Virus record (IMG/VR): IMGVR_UViG_3300036760_000522
Location: 237,551 to 301,550 of that record
Length of the DNA: 64,000 nucleotides
Strand: one strand, 5' to 3'
Shown here in pieces: positions 45,983 to 55,177 of this stretch (the stretch's first letter is position 1; each line of letters opens with the position of its first letter). The notes beneath the pieces are model-generated. The model had not been told where the DNA came from. It ran no database searches and saw only the letters and a list, made by a program, of their open reading frames with translations. Position numbers and translations under genes: made by a program.

Positions 45983-47839
45983 TTGATGTTATTTAAGTAC
46001 CCGTCTCTGGTTTCAGTTGTCCTGCTCCTAGCCTGTAGCGATCACCAAGATTCGGTTGGACCTGTTGGCCGTGTCACACAGGCTGTAAGTTACGTTTCTG
46101 ATTCACTAAATTGCGGTGCCAGCGGCTACCAATGTAAAGGCGGTCGCACCTGTCAGACTGGCCATTGTACCCCGGTTTGGATCCCCATGTCGACCGTCGG
46201 CGCACCCGCGCCTCGGTTTGCCGCAGCTGCAACAGCCTACGAAGGGAAGTACCTGGTTGCAGGTGGCTGCACGAGTTACGACCTAAATGCGCCGGCAGAA
46301 ATTACGGCGTCAATTTACGATCCCGCGACTGATACGTGGTCTGAATTTCCGTCGTTCGACATTGAAGACAGGCGTAATCTGTCCGTGTTGTTTACGGTTC
46401 CGGACGGACTGTATTCTCTCGGCGGTGAAACACAATGCCGGCATGCCGGCATCTCCTCCTATCATACACTGGTGAAGTACGACCCGATTGGTTTGAAATG
46501 GGACCGACTCCCGTACGAAGAAGACACCATCAACGCAGGCTACAACAAGTCGATTACTGTCATTCCAGGGACCAATGAGATTTTTATCTATGGTGGTGGA
46601 GGAGGCAATGGTCCGGCCTGGTGGTATGCAGATCGCGGAAGTTTCCCTCTTCTCGAAGACACATGGCTGAGCTGGACACATCCCGGTTGCCCACTTTCCG
46701 GATGCATACGCGGAGGGGCTTTTACGACCTTCTACGACGCAGGCTTCATCCGTGTCATGGGAGGAGATCCTACCTACGGAACAGCGCCCGCAGGTTTGTC
46801 ATTCGAACTTGCAACCAGCACTTGGTCAAACTGGACGGTACCAGCCGGGACCCCGGACTTCCAAAACGACTTTTCAAACTACTCCAACACAGCTCCGACG
46901 GGTGTCGACACCGGCACGCGACTCATGTACGTCTCGGAGACGGGGAACGTCGCCATTTACGATCGCGCCTTAGGCACGTGGTCGACGGATGTTACCGCGC
47001 CGCCTAGCGGCTTCTGTGCGGGCGGATCAGCCGCTTACGTGGACGGTGAACTCGTCGTGTACTCCGGAAGCTGTGACGGCGTTCTAGCGTCCGTTGGTGC
47101 GCGCTATCAGGCGCCAGCTCCGGGATTGGCGTTCACACCAACGGTGTCAGTTACAAGCACAAGTACGACATTCACTGTCGGAGAGGTGACCCGACTCGTC
47201 ACCTTCAATGATCCATTTGGGATCGATGAGACTGAAGTCACGGCTGCGCAATACCAGGAATGTGTCACGGCTTCTTCTTGCACGGCTGCTGCGACCGGTG
47301 GCGCATGCACAAGCGGAGTCTCGGGTCTTGAACAACACCCAATCAACTGTGTCACTTACGCACAGTCCGGGGCTTACTGCTCTTGGGCCGGTAAGCGACT
47401 GCCGACCCAGCAAGAGTGGGAATACGCCGCTAGGCACAACGACCCGACCACCCACAAGTACCCTTGGGGCAACAGCACGGCGGATTACAACACGAAGTGC
47501 AACTTCTCCGTCACAACCGACGGCTACGTCGCCACAGCCCCAGTAGGCAGCTTCCCTGCTGGAAACAGCGCCCTTGGCCTCCAAGACATGGCGGGCAACG
47601 TCTGGGAGTGGACCTCGAGCCCAGCCTGCTTCAACGAAACCGGGGATTGTACGAATTGCCCGGCCGGTGGTTGTGCAAGTGCTTGCGACGTTTGCGGCAG
47701 CCCAGATCGTGTCTTCAAAGGCGGAGGTTTCACACACGCGCTTGCCTACACGCGTTCGGCATTTCGCTCTTACAACGACCCAAGCTACTCGACAGACATC
47801 CTCGGTTTTCGTTGCGCCAAGAACACCGTTGTTCCCTAG
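45983..47839 (+). CDS. Lipoprotein with Cys-rich repeat, Kelch-like propeller and FGE-sulfatase (CLec-fold) domain
   Basis: Lipobox VLLLAC; SDSLNCG..C..G..C..G.C; Kelch-like LVAGG..IYDPATDTW; HPINCVTY..AYCSWAGKRLPTQQEWEYAAR, YPWG, DMAGNVWEW, GFRCA. Confidence 0.88.
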   Translation: MMLFKYPSLVSVVLLLACSDHQDSVGPVGRVTQAVSYVSDSLNCGASGYQCKGGRTCQTGHCTPVWIPMSTVGAPAPRFAAAATAYEGKYLVAGGCTSYDLNAPAEITASIYDPATDTWSEFPSFDIEDRRNLSVLFTVPDGLYSLGGETQCRHAGISSYHTLVKYDPIGLKWDRLPYEEDTINAGYNKSITVIPGTNEIFIYGGGGGNGPAWWYADRGSFPLLEDTWLSWTHPGCPLSGCIRGGAFTTFYDAGFIRVMGGDPTYGTAPAGLSFELATSTWSNWTVPAGTPDFQNDFSNYSNTAPTGVDTGTRLMYVSETGNVAIYDRALGTWSTDVTAPPSGFCAGGSAAYVDGELVVYSGSCDGVLASVGARYQAPAPGLAFTPTVSVTSTSTTFTVGEVTRLVTFNDPFGIDETEVTAAQYQECVTASSCTAAATGGACTSGVSGLEQHPINCVTYAQSGAYCSWAGKRLPTQQEWEYAARHNDPTTHKYPWGNSTADYNTKCNFSVTTDGYVATAPVGSFPAGNSALGLQDMAGNVWEWTSSPACFNETGDCTNCPAGGCASACDVCGSPDRVFKGGGFTHALAYTRSAFRSYNDPSYSTDILGFRCAKNTVVP

Positions 47840-47853
47840 TGACAGGAACTGTC

Positions 47854-48171
47854 TCACAATTTGAGGAGCTGATCCCGTGTGAGGTTCGTCGCGAGGACAA
47901 ATACTAACTCAAACGACTCCCTACCATTTGAACTTGTGACGATTCCAGCAGCACGGGCGAATTTGGTAGCACCTTCACAAATCTCGACTTCTGCCCAAAG
48001 GTCGACGTCATTGCGAACTTCGTAGCGCAACGCCCGTCCGATCTCTTTTTGATCCGCAGTGGAGTACACAGGGACTTGTCCCGATGTTGTGGCAAGCGCT
48101 GGTAAGGCAGACGCTGGCAGCGCGTCGCTGGCGCTGAGGATGTTGATCCACATGCTACACGCCCTCGTCAA
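47854..48171 (-). CDS. Hypothetical protein; its C-terminus is homologous to 45817-45879
   Basis: Ends ESFELVFVLATNLTRDQLLKL. Confidence 0.5.
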   Translation of the reverse strand: MTRACSMWINILSASDALPASALPALATTSGQVPVYSTADQKEIGRALRYEVRNDVDLWAEVEICEGATKFARAAGIVTSSNGRESFELVFVLATNLTRDQLLKL

Positions 48172-48406
48172 CGATGAGGTTGAGGACCCGTCCCTTTACG
48201 TAGATGCTCTTCTTGACGGTCTTGTCCCAGACGCAGTGGCTATCTTCGATCGAGAAAAAAGCCTTCAAGACGCGTGAAGTAGTCTTGACTGTCGTGTTGC
48301 TGAGTCCTGGATTGACGAAATCTCTAGTGATAGTGACAGAGAGAACCCGGTCACCATCTTCTAGGATGTCTCCTGCGTTCAGGGCTTCGAGAGTCTCTGC
48401 GGTCAT
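48155..48406 (-). CDS. Hypothetical protein
   Basis: 83-aa ORF, ATG start. Confidence 0.45.
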   Translation of the reverse strand: MTAETLEALNAGDILEDGDRVLSVTITRDFVNPGLSNTTVKTTSRVLKAFFSIEDSHCVWDKTVKKSIYVKGRVLNLIVDEGV

Positions 48407-48435
48407 GACGTCGCGGATACGAGGCCCCCTGATCC

Positions 48436-48996
48436 TTACGGCTTCGAAGTGGACTTCCCTTTCAAGTTCTGTACGCGTGTGATTTCCTCAGCCGTATGTG
48501 GCGTCCCGCCTGCGTTGATCCCCAGGTACAGATCGAGTACTTCGTCGCGAGTCTCCAAGGAACAAACGCGCCATTTGAAAGTGTGAGACAACGTGCGAAG
48601 CTTACCTGTGAATTCCTTGTAACGATGACCAAAGACCCTGAGGTCGTTTCGCAAGAATTTACGTACTGCTTCGAGTCGTTGCTTGCCGTCAACAATGGTA
48701 TACGGTCCTCGGTAATCCCGGCCCCAACCAGGGCAGTTGAAGGTGAGATTCCTTCCGACTTCGCCGCCTCGTAAGGCGTACTCGACGTAGGCGACTTGTT
48801 GCGCTTCCGTCCAAACATGCGCACGCTGGAAGTCCGGCTCAAGATCAAGAGGGGCCACCCTCTCTTCAGTCTGGTGCTGGATGTGTTCCTCGAGGTAAGT
48901 CCAAAAGACGTCGATTTCGTAATGCGCGTGCGGAAATTGGGGGATGTCGTTGAAGTCCATTCCCTTTTCACTTGCGGCTTGCGGCTTGTTGGTCAT
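48436..48996 (-). CDS. Stand-alone DUF262 (ParB/Srx-like) domain protein
   Basis: PDFQRAHVW, IVDGKQRL, YLGINAGGTP. Confidence 0.8.
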   Translation of the reverse strand: MTNKPQAASEKGMDFNDIPQFPHAHYEIDVFWTYLEEHIQHQTEERVAPLDLEPDFQRAHVWTEAQQVAYVEYALRGGEVGRNLTFNCPGWGRDYRGPYTIVDGKQRLEAVRKFLRNDLRVFGHRYKEFTGKLRTLSHTFKWRVCSLETRDEVLDLYLGINAGGTPHTAEEITRVQNLKGKSTSKP

Positions 48997-49004
48997 TTGC
49001 AGCC

Positions 49005-49034
49005 TACTACGAATCCGGGTGCCTAAAAATCGAG
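49005..49034 (-). promoter_or_regulatory. Bipartite phage promoter motif A, copy 3
   Basis: CTCGATT-TTT-AGGC-ACCCGG-ATTCGTAGTA, ending 8 nt before ATG 48996. Confidence 0.7.
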
Positions 49035-49074
49035 GGTTGTTTCGGGACTGCGACAGATTGCTCTTTTCTGGTTT

Positions 49075-49105
49075 CCTTCAATTCCCAATATACTACAACA
49101 CCACA
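49075..49105 (-). promoter_or_regulatory. Inverted exact copy of the 31-bp element at 31734
   Basis: Reverse complement reads TGTGGTGTTGTAGTATATTGGGAATTGAAGG. Confidence 0.65.
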
Positions 49106-49118
49106 CCACATCACAAAA

Positions 49119-49478
49119 ATGTCCACCGCTCACCCAGTTCGCTCGTGCACAGTATGCATGCTTCGTGGTAAGAATACACTAGCGAAATACGTTGCATCTG
49201 GAGAGGGCCTGAGACCCCTGCAATGGTACGAATGTGAAGACCACGGGGAAGGTGATCACGAGGAAGCTGGTGGGGGGCGTCGAGCCTCTCGTGAACCGAT
49301 TGAAGCTTGGTTCGATCGTGTGTTGCCTAAAGAAACAAGCGTAGAAGAATTGATCGACAAGTCCTCGTTGGGGGATCCCGAAGCCAAACGAATCCGGTCC
49401 ACTGCAAACCCGGATCTCGTCAACAAAGTTTTGAAACGGACTGACGAGATCTCATCACGAGGAAGCAACAAATCATGA
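49119..49478 (+). CDS. Zinc-finger hypothetical protein
   Basis: CTVC..CEDH; start at ATG 49119. Confidence 0.45.
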   Translation: MSTAHPVRSCTVCMLRGKNTLAKYVASGEGLRPLQWYECEDHGEGDHEEAGGGRRASREPIEAWFDRVLPKETSVEELIDKSSLGDPEAKRIRSTANPDLVNKVLKRTDEISSRGSNKS

Positions 49479-49777
49479 ACCGGCGGAACTTCTTCCTAGC
49501 AGCCTCGGGTCTCTTCTTGTCAGTTGAGACGGACATTCATCGCGCTTACTCGTTCCTCCGGCCGCCTGAAAGACCGCGACACGTCGGCGCCTTTTGGGTG
49601 ACTTCGAAAGACGGCCTTGAGCTAGAAGTCGGGATAGACGAGGCTGTTAAAACGAGATTTTGGAAAGGTGACCGGACCGGCGTGATCATTGTAAAGTACG
49701 TTCGGGAAGATCCTTCAGATCTTGCGTGCCGGGCTGAACGCTCCCGACTGGTTGCGTGGGAGATTGTTAACGGGTAG
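49475..49777 (+). CDS. Hypothetical protein with Tat-like N-terminus
   Basis: MNRRNFFLAASGL; ATGA coupling. Confidence 0.5.
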   Translation: MNRRNFFLAASGLFLSVETDIHRAYSFLRPPERPRHVGAFWVTSKDGLELEVGIDEAVKTRFWKGDRTGVIIVKYVREDPSDLACRAERSRLVAWEIVNG

Positions 49778-49788
49778 TTGGTACTGAG

Positions 49789-50511
49789 ATGAAATTGCGT
49801 CCTACTATAATTGCAATTATTGCAACAACGGTTGTTGCAATACCATTCGGTTTTCTTGGCGTCTTCGTCCGACGACAGAGCACAGAACTGGAAGCACTCC
49901 GTACCGAGACCCAAACACTCCAACGCACACTTGCGGCACAAGCTGTGCCTCAAGCTACAATATCTAAACAAGCTGCGCTCCCCCCGGCGGACATCCTAGG
50001 CGTCAAGCTTGGAATGGAAGTCACAGAAGCCATAGCGACTTTGAGACGTCAAGGCTTTCTAATCACAGGTGACACGACAACCCGTGTCGTAGCCCACGTC
50101 TATCCTGACGACGACGACTGGCCTCTGAAGGATTCCGTTGTCTCGGATCTGGTTGTGGATTTGAACACGAACCTGCGAGTTGTTTCCAAGATCTTCTTTC
50201 ACAAATCATACAAGTCGCTCGTACCGCTCGAAGAGTTCCAAGCTGCTATGACTAAGCAGTACGGTAAACCGACGTGGGAAGGTGCCGGTACCTACGCTAT
50301 CGGGGGCTTCCTTAACCTGAAGTGGCTTTACCCGTCCGACGGATCTGACTGCTTAAAAGGAACGGCTTGGCCGTCAACTGAATGGCCGCCCTCTCTCCCC
50401 GAGACTTGTGCATTTGCACTGACGGTCAACGCCTCGGTGGACACAGGGACTAAGTCCCACAACAAATTCGTGACCAGTTTTGCGTTGCGGCTCGGTGACC
50501 CCAAGGGTTAG
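49789..50511 (+). CDS. Membrane-anchored protein
   Basis: N-terminal transmembrane helix, short coiled coil, then a globular domain. Confidence 0.6.
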   Translation: MKLRPTIIAIIATTVVAIPFGFLGVFVRRQSTELEALRTETQTLQRTLAAQAVPQATISKQAALPPADILGVKLGMEVTEAIATLRRQGFLITGDTTTRVVAHVYPDDDDWPLKDSVVSDLVVDLNTNLRVVSKIFFHKSYKSLVPLEEFQAAMTKQYGKPTWEGAGTYAIGGFLNLKWLYPSDGSDCLKGTAWPSTEWPPSLPETCAFALTVNASVDTGTKSHNKFVTSFALRLGDPKG

Positions 50512-50526
50512 ACTAGGAAGCCCACG

Positions 50527-51186
50527 ATGGCATTCGTCGCACACAGTGTTGTCGGTCTAGGACCTGACGACGTCCCATACCTCCGCTGCCCTAATACCCA
50601 CAGGCCGGTTGCGGCGGAATGTGATCATGAAAACTACTGGCGTTGCACTGGCTGCGGTCATGGAGTGGACATACTCCTCGAAAAGTACGGACCACTCGCG
50701 CTCAAGAAGGGGCAAAAACCTGTTACGGACGCGTTGGGACACTACGTGATTGGTCTCACAGGGGGAACTTCACCTCGTCTGTCTCTCCATTGTCATAAAG
50801 CTTCAACGAAAAGAACGCTTGTCTACTATAGGGGCGAGGGCGTGTATATCTGTGGCTGTTGCAACGCGGATGTGACGGCCCTCCGCTCCGAGTACAAACA
50901 GCGAATTGAAGAGACCCAACAACCGTTGAAAGAGGAGGCCAAAATGGAGGAGTCCAACGTAGAAGCTGAGCCACAAGATCCGTACGTGGTGCATCGCAAG
51001 AAGCCAGAGACTGTAACTAAGGAGCAAGAAGGATCCGCAGTTGTGGCTCTCGGAAAAAACGATCCCATACAATGTCCCCAATGCGGCGTTAAGGCGTCTC
51101 GCTTGGCCTACGAACCTACGGTCAGTGGCTTTGTCTCACGGCTGCTCTGCCCCTATTGCGGGAAGCCTATCGAGGAACACCAGTGA
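50527..51186 (+). CDS. Multi-zinc-ribbon protein
   Basis: Several Cys clusters (CTGC, CGCC, CPQC, CPYC). Confidence 0.55.
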   Translation: MAFVAHSVVGLGPDDVPYLRCPNTHRPVAAECDHENYWRCTGCGHGVDILLEKYGPLALKKGQKPVTDALGHYVIGLTGGTSPRLSLHCHKASTKRTLVYYRGEGVYICGCCNADVTALRSEYKQRIEETQQPLKEEAKMEESNVEAEPQDPYVVHRKKPETVTKEQEGSAVVALGKNDPIQCPQCGVKASRLAYEPTVSGFVSRLLCPYCGKPIEEHQ

Positions 51187-51890
51187 TGACGTCCATGAAG
51201 ATCACAGTACACGTCGACGACTTTGGACAACTTGTCGTTGCGGCTCAACGTGTTGTTGATGCCGTTAGAGACTTCCAAAAGCTCGTTGGCTGCAAAGAAG
51301 CTCAAGGCTTTGAGCTGGCCTACCGTATGGTAGGGACGGCAGCACCACGTGTTGTGAGTGTTAAGAAATCGAAACCGCCTAAACAAGTTAAACCAACAAA
51401 AATCACATTGCACGATCGCATGGTCGAGGCGCTGCAACGAAATGAAAATGCTCAAACAGCGCGGGAAATCATGCAAGAGGTCCTTAAGACCGGGCCTGTG
51501 TCCGCGACCAATCCGAAAAACTACATCAGCTTCCTGCTCTCGAAACGAGAAGACCTCTTCGAGAAGATCTCACACGGAAAATATCGACTGGTACCGAAAC
51601 TGGCGAACGGGTCCAACCCAAAACCTCCACGAAGCGTCCAACCAGTACCGGAACTGAGCCAATCAAAGGTGTTCGAAGGTAAACCAGCCCTCCTACAAGC
51701 GATGGCAGAGGCGCTCAGCGTGAGATCTCTTCGTTATCCCAGCGAACTCATAAAGCAGCTTCAGGCCTCGAAGACACACAGTCTCCGACCGATTGATGAG
51801 GAACAGATCAAAGCACTACTCAAAGATCCAAGTCTCTTCACCCGGGACAAAAACAAGCGATGGCATCCCTTCGCTCGAACAGGCAAGTAG
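51183..51890 (+). CDS. Protein with two winged-helix (HARE-HTH-like) domains
   Basis: TLHDRMVEAL..TAREIMQEV..YISFLLS..LFEKISHGKYRL and a second similar unit. Confidence 0.55.
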   Translation: MMTSMKITVHVDDFGQLVVAAQRVVDAVRDFQKLVGCKEAQGFELAYRMVGTAAPRVVSVKKSKPPKQVKPTKITLHDRMVEALQRNENAQTAREIMQEVLKTGPVSATNPKNYISFLLSKREDLFEKISHGKYRLVPKLANGSNPKPPRSVQPVPELSQSKVFEGKPALLQAMAEALSVRSLRYPSELIKQLQASKTHSLRPIDEEQIKALLKDPSLFTRDKNKRWHPFARTGK

Positions 51891-52142
51891 CTGTGGCCTT
51901 GTGACACACCACATGACTTACGAAGCATGCGTCGGTGTTGCGAAGCTCCAAAGCGTGCTCATCTACCGTCACCACGATGGCCTAGATTCTGCCCGAAAGT
52001 TTTCAGGCGATCGGTCCCGCGGCACTGGCGGCTGGAACTACCAACACGGGAGCACGCATTTCGAGGAACCTGAGAGGTGGCGGATCCCCACGACGGTCAG
52101 CGATTTGGAGCTTTGCCAAAAGAGCCCCGGGTGTGAGATGTC

Positions 52143-52595
52143 ATGAGTGACCTGAAGCGTCGAGAGCTGTTCGAGAGAAAAGAAACGATACTGAAACTCC
52201 TCCTCGACGAGGTACTTCAAGGTCTCAAACTTTTAGGGTTAACGTCGGAAGCCCCGTACAAGCTTGTAGGCTTCATCGCTGATCTTGCCGACAATGATCA
52301 GGGGGCGAAATTCGGAAAAGCTTTGATGGAGAAAATGATCCACTACGATCCTGTCCAGGGAACGGAACATTGTACGACCATGAGGGATTCTCGAGAGCCG
52401 AGCCTTTTGCGAGGATACGTCTACGGCTCATATGACAGCGTCATCAGGCCTTTCTCGCCTGGGATAGCAGATCAGCTAGGTAGTAGAAAACAAGGGGAAC
52501 TGCCTGTTGTTGTGTTTGCTGGGGACGGTGCTTCTTTGTTTTCCCTCAGACACGACGCTGTCAAGTACGTGCCGGTCGTCGAGCTCATTCCCTAA
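52143..52595 (+). CDS. Hypothetical protein
   Basis: 150-aa ORF in a plus-strand run. Confidence 0.5.
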   Translation: MSDLKRRELFERKETILKLLLDEVLQGLKLLGLTSEAPYKLVGFIADLADNDQGAKFGKALMEKMIHYDPVQGTEHCTTMRDSREPSLLRGYVYGSYDSVIRPFSPGIADQLGSRKQGELPVVVFAGDGASLFSLRHDAVKYVPVVELIP

Positions 52596-52624
52596 GCCCA
52601 CAGAACCCGCGGAAAGCAAGTCCT

Positions 52625-53275
52625 GTGACGAGTGGCCAGCTGAGAGCAAGAGTCGTTGAGCTGGCTATCATGCACAGCAAGACGAGTATCGAGCCTGTTA
52701 CTGCGGTGATTTGGATCCGAAAGAGGGACACGACCCAAATCTCGTTGGTCGAGATTTGCCCCACAGCACGCTCAGGTCCCTACTCCGCTCAGTTCCATGC
52801 GGGAATTTATTTCGACTTTCCGCTATCCATCTACATTGGTTCCCGTAGTCAGCTTGAACGCTATAGAGTCCTTGATCCAAAATTGGTGCCAGACATTATC
52901 GAAGGGGACATCGTTCTCGATCAATACGGAGAGGCCAGAAAGTTGATCGGCGACCTTCTCACGCCGCTTGTCGAGACAGAGCACGACAAATTAGCGAGAG
53001 AGCTTGGTGGTGTGAAGAGGGACCAGGCATGGTTCTGGGTACGCCAGCTTAGTGCCGATGAGATGAAACGCCTTTACGAAGCCCTGTGCAGAGATTTGGG
53101 ACGCGCCCCCCTACCTGTTCACGGGTTCATACAAGTTGGATCTGCGGACTTGGACACGAAGCTCCAAGCTCTGGTCACAGAGTGGTGGGACGAATGTGAG
53201 GAGACTTCTCGCGATTCGCTTGTACGACTCGCACGGAAAGCTTACCAGCTTGGGTGCATCGAAAAGGAAGGTTGA
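52625..53275 (+). CDS. Hypothetical protein
   Basis: 216-aa ORF in a plus-strand run. Confidence 0.5.
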   Translation: MTSGQLRARVVELAIMHSKTSIEPVTAVIWIRKRDTTQISLVEICPTARSGPYSAQFHAGIYFDFPLSIYIGSRSQLERYRVLDPKLVPDIIEGDIVLDQYGEARKLIGDLLTPLVETEHDKLARELGGVKRDQAWFWVRQLSADEMKRLYEALCRDLGRAPLPVHGFIQVGSADLDTKLQALVTEWWDECEETSRDSLVRLARKAYQLGCIEKEG

Positions 53276-53548
53276 GTGGAAATTCGAATGCCGACACCTG
53301 AAGAGGCCGCCAAGGAGGTGTCAGATATTTGCACACGGCCATGGCCGCCCAACAATCTGTTGTGCGTTAAGACCGTCCCAGCCCGGTCCTTCGTTCTCAG
53401 TGGGAATGAGCCTTGGCCGAAGGAAATTCGTTTCGGGCACATCCGTCGCATGGGCAACACGATCTTGCCAACGGTCTATACCGACCAAGGCGGTGTCTGC
53501 TATGAATCTCTCGAGGCGATGGTCCAAGCTGGTTGGTACGTGGACTGA
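53276..53548 (+). CDS. Hypothetical protein
   Basis: GTG immediately after the upstream stop; RBS GGAAGG. Confidence 0.5.
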   Translation: MEIRMPTPEEAAKEVSDICTRPWPPNNLLCVKTVPARSFVLSGNEPWPKEIRFGHIRRMGNTILPTVYTDQGGVCYESLEAMVQAGWYVD

Positions 53549-53738
53549 CAGAAGGAAATACATGTCGCGTAATATCCCTATCTGTCTGTACTTGTTGATC
53601 ACAACAAGTTGTGCGGCAGCCTCCAAATCATGCACTGAAAGTGACGACGCAAGCAAAGATTCCCAGGCGTTGGGGGCCATCCAGGTGAGGCGCTCTGCGT
53701 CGTTGAAGTGACGATGCGAAAACTTCCAAAGGAAGAGC

Positions 53739-54182
53739 ATGAGCAAAGCAATTCCAGTCAAAGTCGCTAGAGGTATTGCGATCGAGTCAGATCTGACTCA
53801 CGTTGTCGTGATCGGATTCGACGAACGCGAGAACATGTTTCAAGCCGCAACCTTTGGTTTGCGCGATAAGCGCGACAAAGAGAACGCCGCTGCCATGGGC
53901 GACTACCTCATGAGCATAGTGGGCGCAGACCTCGCGCAAGGAAAATCATTTGAGGACTTCAGACCAAGCAGCCCTATCGGCAAGGAGGAGCTGATTCACA
54001 AACTCGCGCAAGCAGTGATGAGCCATCCGTATCGCCATTTGGTTTATGAGGGTTTACGAAAAGAGTACCAAGACGCCCAACTTCAAGCGACTCTGGAGCT
54101 GAAGCTAAGAACCGCGTACGAGGCCGGCTACGCCGGTGGTGTCGCACAAGTAGCGGCCGACGTTGTGGCCGCAGGTCCCTGA
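53739..54182 (+). CDS. Hypothetical protein
   Basis: RBS AAGGAAG. Confidence 0.55.
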   Translation: MSKAIPVKVARGIAIESDLTHVVVIGFDERENMFQAATFGLRDKRDKENAAAMGDYLMSIVGADLAQGKSFEDFRPSSPIGKEELIHKLAQAVMSHPYRHLVYEGLRKEYQDAQLQATLELKLRTAYEAGYAGGVAQVAADVVAAGP

Positions 54183-54190
54183 AAGATCCT

Positions 54191-54616
54191 ATGGCTATCC
54201 TCGACGGCAAGCCTGTAGACGACGACGTGATTGATCCTGCGAAGCACAGGTTCATTGGACTATTCCGGTATCCACGACCCCCGACAAGTTCGGGCTACAT
54301 CGTATGCTCTTGTGGAACCACCCTCCAATACTTACAGGAAGGTCACGAGCACTGGCAAAGAGGTCACTTCGACTCACCGCAGTACGAGACTAGGTCGATG
54401 AAAATCGAGACACGTCACAAGGAAGCTCCGACGTGTCTACACGACAACGAGCCACTCCGCTACATCGGCTACTTGTGGAGCTGTCAAGACGAGCCAGCTC
54501 ACGAGCTTTACACGTGTGCTCAGTGTCAGCGCAACTACCAGTTCCTGGTTCCACAACCAGTCGTTACACAACCAAATACCTCTCCGGATCCTTTGATGCC
54601 CGTCCGTGAGTTGTGA
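54191..54616 (+). CDS. Zinc-binding hypothetical protein
   Basis: CSC..H..H, CLHD and CAQC motifs. Confidence 0.55.
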   Translation: MAILDGKPVDDDVIDPAKHRFIGLFRYPRPPTSSGYIVCSCGTTLQYLQEGHEHWQRGHFDSPQYETRSMKIETRHKEAPTCLHDNEPLRYIGYLWSCQDEPAHELYTCAQCQRNYQFLVPQPVVTQPNTSPDPLMPVREL

Positions 54617-54789
54617 CCTCTGTTGCCAACGTTGTCGCCAGATACAAGTTGGCCAATACTAAGAAGTGGCCTGACGGCCGACTTCGCGCAAAACTCGGTG
54701 ACAAAGTTTACCAAATGGCACCTGGACCATTTGGCACAGCATCCACGGTCAACGGGGTTGTCTTTTTGTCCCGAGGTCAGGTCTCGTGA
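54613..54789 (+). CDS. 58-aa protein with the shared N-terminal leader (below the ORF-track cutoff)
   Basis: GTG overlaps the upstream TGA. Hand translation: MTSVANVVARYKLANTKKWPDGRLRAKLGDKVYQMAPGPFGTASTVNGVVFLSRGQVS. Confidence 0.6.
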   Translation: MTSVANVVARYKLANTKKWPDGRLRAKLGDKVYQMAPGPFGTASTVNGVVFLSRGQVS

Positions 54790-54808
54790 CTAACTGGTGG
54801 GTTAAGGG

Positions 54809-55168
54809 TTGATGTCCTCCGCAGCCAACGTTGTTCGTCGATACACGACTCGCAAGATCGCTACCAAGCTTCGTCTAGGACCGGGCCGCAAGGACGAGAG
54901 AGCGTCGGAGTCCCTTGCCAAGATTCGACTCAAATCACGAAATCGTGGTGACCTCGAATCCGCGATCATCTCTGCTGGCTACCACGCCAAGAAGCTCAAG
55001 CAAACGATGTACGTCTACCAAGGGAATTCGTACATGCACACAATTTGGCAAGTCTCGGAGAGACCTGGACACTACTTGAACCCTGTCAACAACACGGGAG
55101 AGCAAGTTGTGTCTGTCACTACTGACCTTACAGTCACATTCTACGACGTGGTTCGGACTGACGAGTAA
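54809..55168 (+). CDS. Hypothetical protein with the shared N-terminal leader
   Basis: Starts (M)MSSAANVVRRYTTR. Confidence 0.65.
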   Translation: MMSSAANVVRRYTTRKIATKLRLGPGRKDERASESLAKIRLKSRNRGDLESAIISAGYHAKKLKQTMYVYQGNSYMHTIWQVSERPGHYLNPVNNTGEQVVSVTTDLTVTFYDVVRTDE

Positions 55169-55177
55169 TCAGCGCTT

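Noticed and set aside
47600-47839. Diversity-generating retroelement target in the CLec-fold C-terminus
   Set aside because: No template repeat or reverse transcriptase was seen in the window. The nearby 63-nt homology differs at all base types, not only adenines. A remote template cannot be excluded.
45983-47839. True formylglycine-generating enzyme
   Set aside because: The catalytic Cys pair region is replaced by KGGGFTHALAYTRS; only the fold is supported.
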